This document shows positions 60,627 through 64,000 of a DNA stretch of 64,000 nucleotides, in pieces. The notes beneath the pieces were generated by a model that saw nothing but the letters and a program-made list of their open reading frames with translations, did not search any database and had not been told where the DNA came from. Within the stretch, counting starts at the first letter, position 1. Each line of letters opens with the position of its first letter. Source of the stretch: Chrysomallon squamiferum (taxonomy: Eukaryota; Animalia; Mollusca); contig CM022675.1 of NCBI GenBank assembly GCA_012295275.1, positions 11,036,001 to 11,100,000 on the forward strand, written 5' to 3'. The position numbers were made by a program, and so were the translations under genes.

Positions 60627-60792
60627 TAAAAAAAAAAAAAAGAAGAAGAATAATCAATGACAAAGTATAGAACCTTACCGCAGTACAGTCTCACACGTGA
60701 ACCAGACTGCTGGCTGGGACTAGAAACAGTCAACATGAGAGGAGACCGTGAAGGAAGAAAAAGTCATAAATCGCTCGTCGGTAGCGGAAATC

Positions 60793-60925
<133 letters not shown>

Positions 60926-61415
60926 GAGAGAGAGAACAACATCACCAAATGCTTTTTCCGTATGACAAATCGTTTCAAATTTTACGACCGTCTTTTCACA
61001 GTTGTTTGAAAAACAATCGCTTTGTCTGTGCTTAGACTAGATGAGTTATATCCTGAGAAAATAAAAAGAGAAAAGTGAACAGAGTTTGGGAACACTTCTT
61101 TTTCGTATATAGTTTTTGAAGTTTATTTTTGTTTTTCAAATCTAGTGAATTTATAGCTTACTGTTCCCATTTTTACTACTACTGCTGCTACTACAGCTAT
61201 TACTACTACTCCTCCTATTGCTAGTATTACTACTACTGCTACTAGTACTATGCTAGAACTACTACTCATTTTTATATTATTGTTATTATTATTATTAACG
61301 GTAATAGTAGTTGCATGCATACACACACGTACACACATATTAACAAATATGCACAGATATACATATATACATATATACATGTATACATATGCCCAATGTT
61401 CATAAATATACACGT

Positions 61416-61478
<63 letters not shown>

Positions 61479-61588
61479 CTCTCTCTCTCTCCTCCCTCCC
61501 TCCCTCCCTCTCTCACACACACATCCCTTATACAAACAAAATATCATAAAACATAAATAACCTATTTGACAGACTGGCGTAGTAATAC

Positions 61589-61635
<47 letters not shown>

Positions 61636-62126
61636 GTCACCCACCACCTTGTTATCCTATGTCAATTTCACGCGTTGTTTCTTTCTTCTCCTCGTATATT
61701 TCACGAGATTTCAAACACCTCACGTGCACTTCTTTTGATCTTTCGCTTGCTTGTTCTCAATTTGTTGACCATCAGCGAAAACCTGCAGATGTTGGTTTCA
61801 GAAATGCTGGAAAGTCGACAGATTTATGGGGGTCGGATGTGTTAAAAAAAAAAAAAAAAACATTACAAAAAAGCACTGATAATCGTGTTTTTGCGAGTTG
61901 CGATATCGTATTATTGTAACGGTTTCGTTACGGTGTGTGTAACATGAAAGGGTCACATAATTATATTCACAGTATCGGTTATAATTCATCGTATTCAACG
62001 TTACAATGAACTGTAGCGGACTTTCTATGGGTCTAAAAAAAAAAAAAAAAATATATAAGAAAATGAAAAACGGTATTAGCCTATTAGTCTTCAGTAACTT
62101 TGAATGCATATGTTTGTGTGTGTATA

Positions 62127-62181
<55 letters not shown>

Positions 62182-62586
62182 GATAATGATTAAATTGAGA
62201 TGAAAAGGTAAAATTATACACGAAGTAATGGTGGTGGCAGTAATAGCCGCAGTAGTAGTAGTAGAAACTAAGTAAGTAAAAAAAAAAATATATAAATTAA
62301 TTAAATATTAAAATAAATATAAATTATAAATATAATGATTAGAACAATTCATATTTATTTATTTATTTATATTTTCTTAAATTCACATATATATATATAT
62401 AAATTACTTTTGCCATTACACGTATGTTCATATATACTTACGTTTTCAATAAGCACCAAATAAATTCACAGTATATTTTACAACCTTGTTATTGCTTATT
62501 TTTGTCACATTTATTTGATAATAATTGCTTTTCCTGTACTTTCCATTACAGTCACGTGTTCTTTCATCCGTTTTTTGATGCATATC

Positions 62587-62642
<56 letters not shown>

Positions 62643-62947
62643 CAGTTTCCTACACCTCATAAACAAGGTACTAATTAAATACCTGTATTTTATCCACCTT
62701 ACTATCAAATTCGCTCTCTTTTGATGTCAGTATCCAAACACGGTTAATTAGGTTGTTCTACTCATTATGTGGAAATTAATGTTCTGTCCACTGATACAAA
62801 TATAAAAAAAAAATAACAGAAGTGAACAATGAACGTTTGTTGCTTCCATTAATACAGTTTTAATTGCCAATATTGGATCACTGATGTACATAATATGATA
62901 ATATACTTTTACACTAGTTCATTGTCATAATGGCTGTGTCGAAATGA

Positions 62948-63060
<113 letters not shown>

Positions 63061-63539
63061 TTATTTATTTATTTTTTATTATTATTATTTTTATTATTAT
63101 TATTAATTAAAGTTAATTAGAATTTAAAAAAAATGTTTCCAGGTAATTAAATGAAAAACATAATGAATGGTGACTGGTTGGTGATGCAACAAAGAAAGAA
63201 CCCAATAAAACTAATGACGATATTTTGTTAATTGACATTTTATTAACAAACCCACTTTTTCTTCTATTTCAAATAATAACTGTAATAATAACAGTAAATA
63301 TATAAATAAAATTTTTTTTCGTTTTTATGACAAATACATTTTAATAATTCGTTCTGTCTGTGCGACAAAGAAACAGACAGACAAAGAGACAGACGGCCGG
63401 CCGGATTAATTTTGTTAGAGTATAATCATTTTTATTAGTTGCATAATAAACTTGGTTTTGAGGTACCGTTTAATTTTTGTCAGTGATAAAAACCTGTAAA
63501 AAAACATTTTAGTGTTTTAATTTTAGTGTTGATTTCAAC

Positions 63540-63645
<106 letters not shown>

Positions 63646-64000
63646 TTTCTTCTTCCTTATCTCCGTCTCCCTTTTTCTATCAACAGGATGTAAATGGTGT
63701 AAATCGCGCTGAAGAAATCTGCTCTAATTAGCCCTTATCCAGAAGACCTTCGCTTCACCTCATATTTCATAAACACCTAAGTCTCTAAATGATACGGGCG
63801 TTGACGTCGATTTCGGGGCCTTTAGTTAACTGCTCTTCTTTGGACGGCTTCCATCGTCTTTGAAACGACAACTGTTTCCTGGTTAACTAACTCTCTAAGC
63901 CGAAGGGATACACCCGTCTAAGCTAGGAACCTTTTTTTTTTCCCTGGTAACGAGCACAAACCGAGCACCCCGATATAACCAATCTGACCGCATGCGATCA

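Overview
AT-rich animal genomic DNA, very rich in microsatellites ((AG)n, (AAT)n, (AAAT)n, (AGT)n, (AC)n, (AT)n, poly-A/T). It is protostome-like and plausibly lophotrochozoan/molluscan, but that is inference only. The one convincing protein-coding element is the first coding exon of a central Hox gene, Antennapedia (Antp/Hox7), on the minus strand at 3356-3905. It carries the MSSY N-terminal motif, the Antp-type YPRFPPYDR motif and the YPWMRSQ hexapeptide, followed by a phase-1 GT donor. The homeobox exon lies beyond the left edge. The remaining ~60 kb is 5' UTR intron and/or upstream intergenic DNA. It alternates between simple-repeat blocks and roughly 40 islands of complex, CpG-containing sequence, many with clustered transcription-factor-like motifs. 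No second homeobox, RNA gene or transposon ORF was recognised, and nearly all other ORFs in the track are microsatellite artefacts. The most unusual structure is a ~1 kb repeat-spacer array at 35.2-36.3 kb. It has 13 same-strand copies of a conserved (ACG/ACA)TACGTGA core, often ~41-43 bp apart, separated by divergent spacers, and includes a recent 285-bp tandem duplication. All motif calls were made by eye and are hypotheses.
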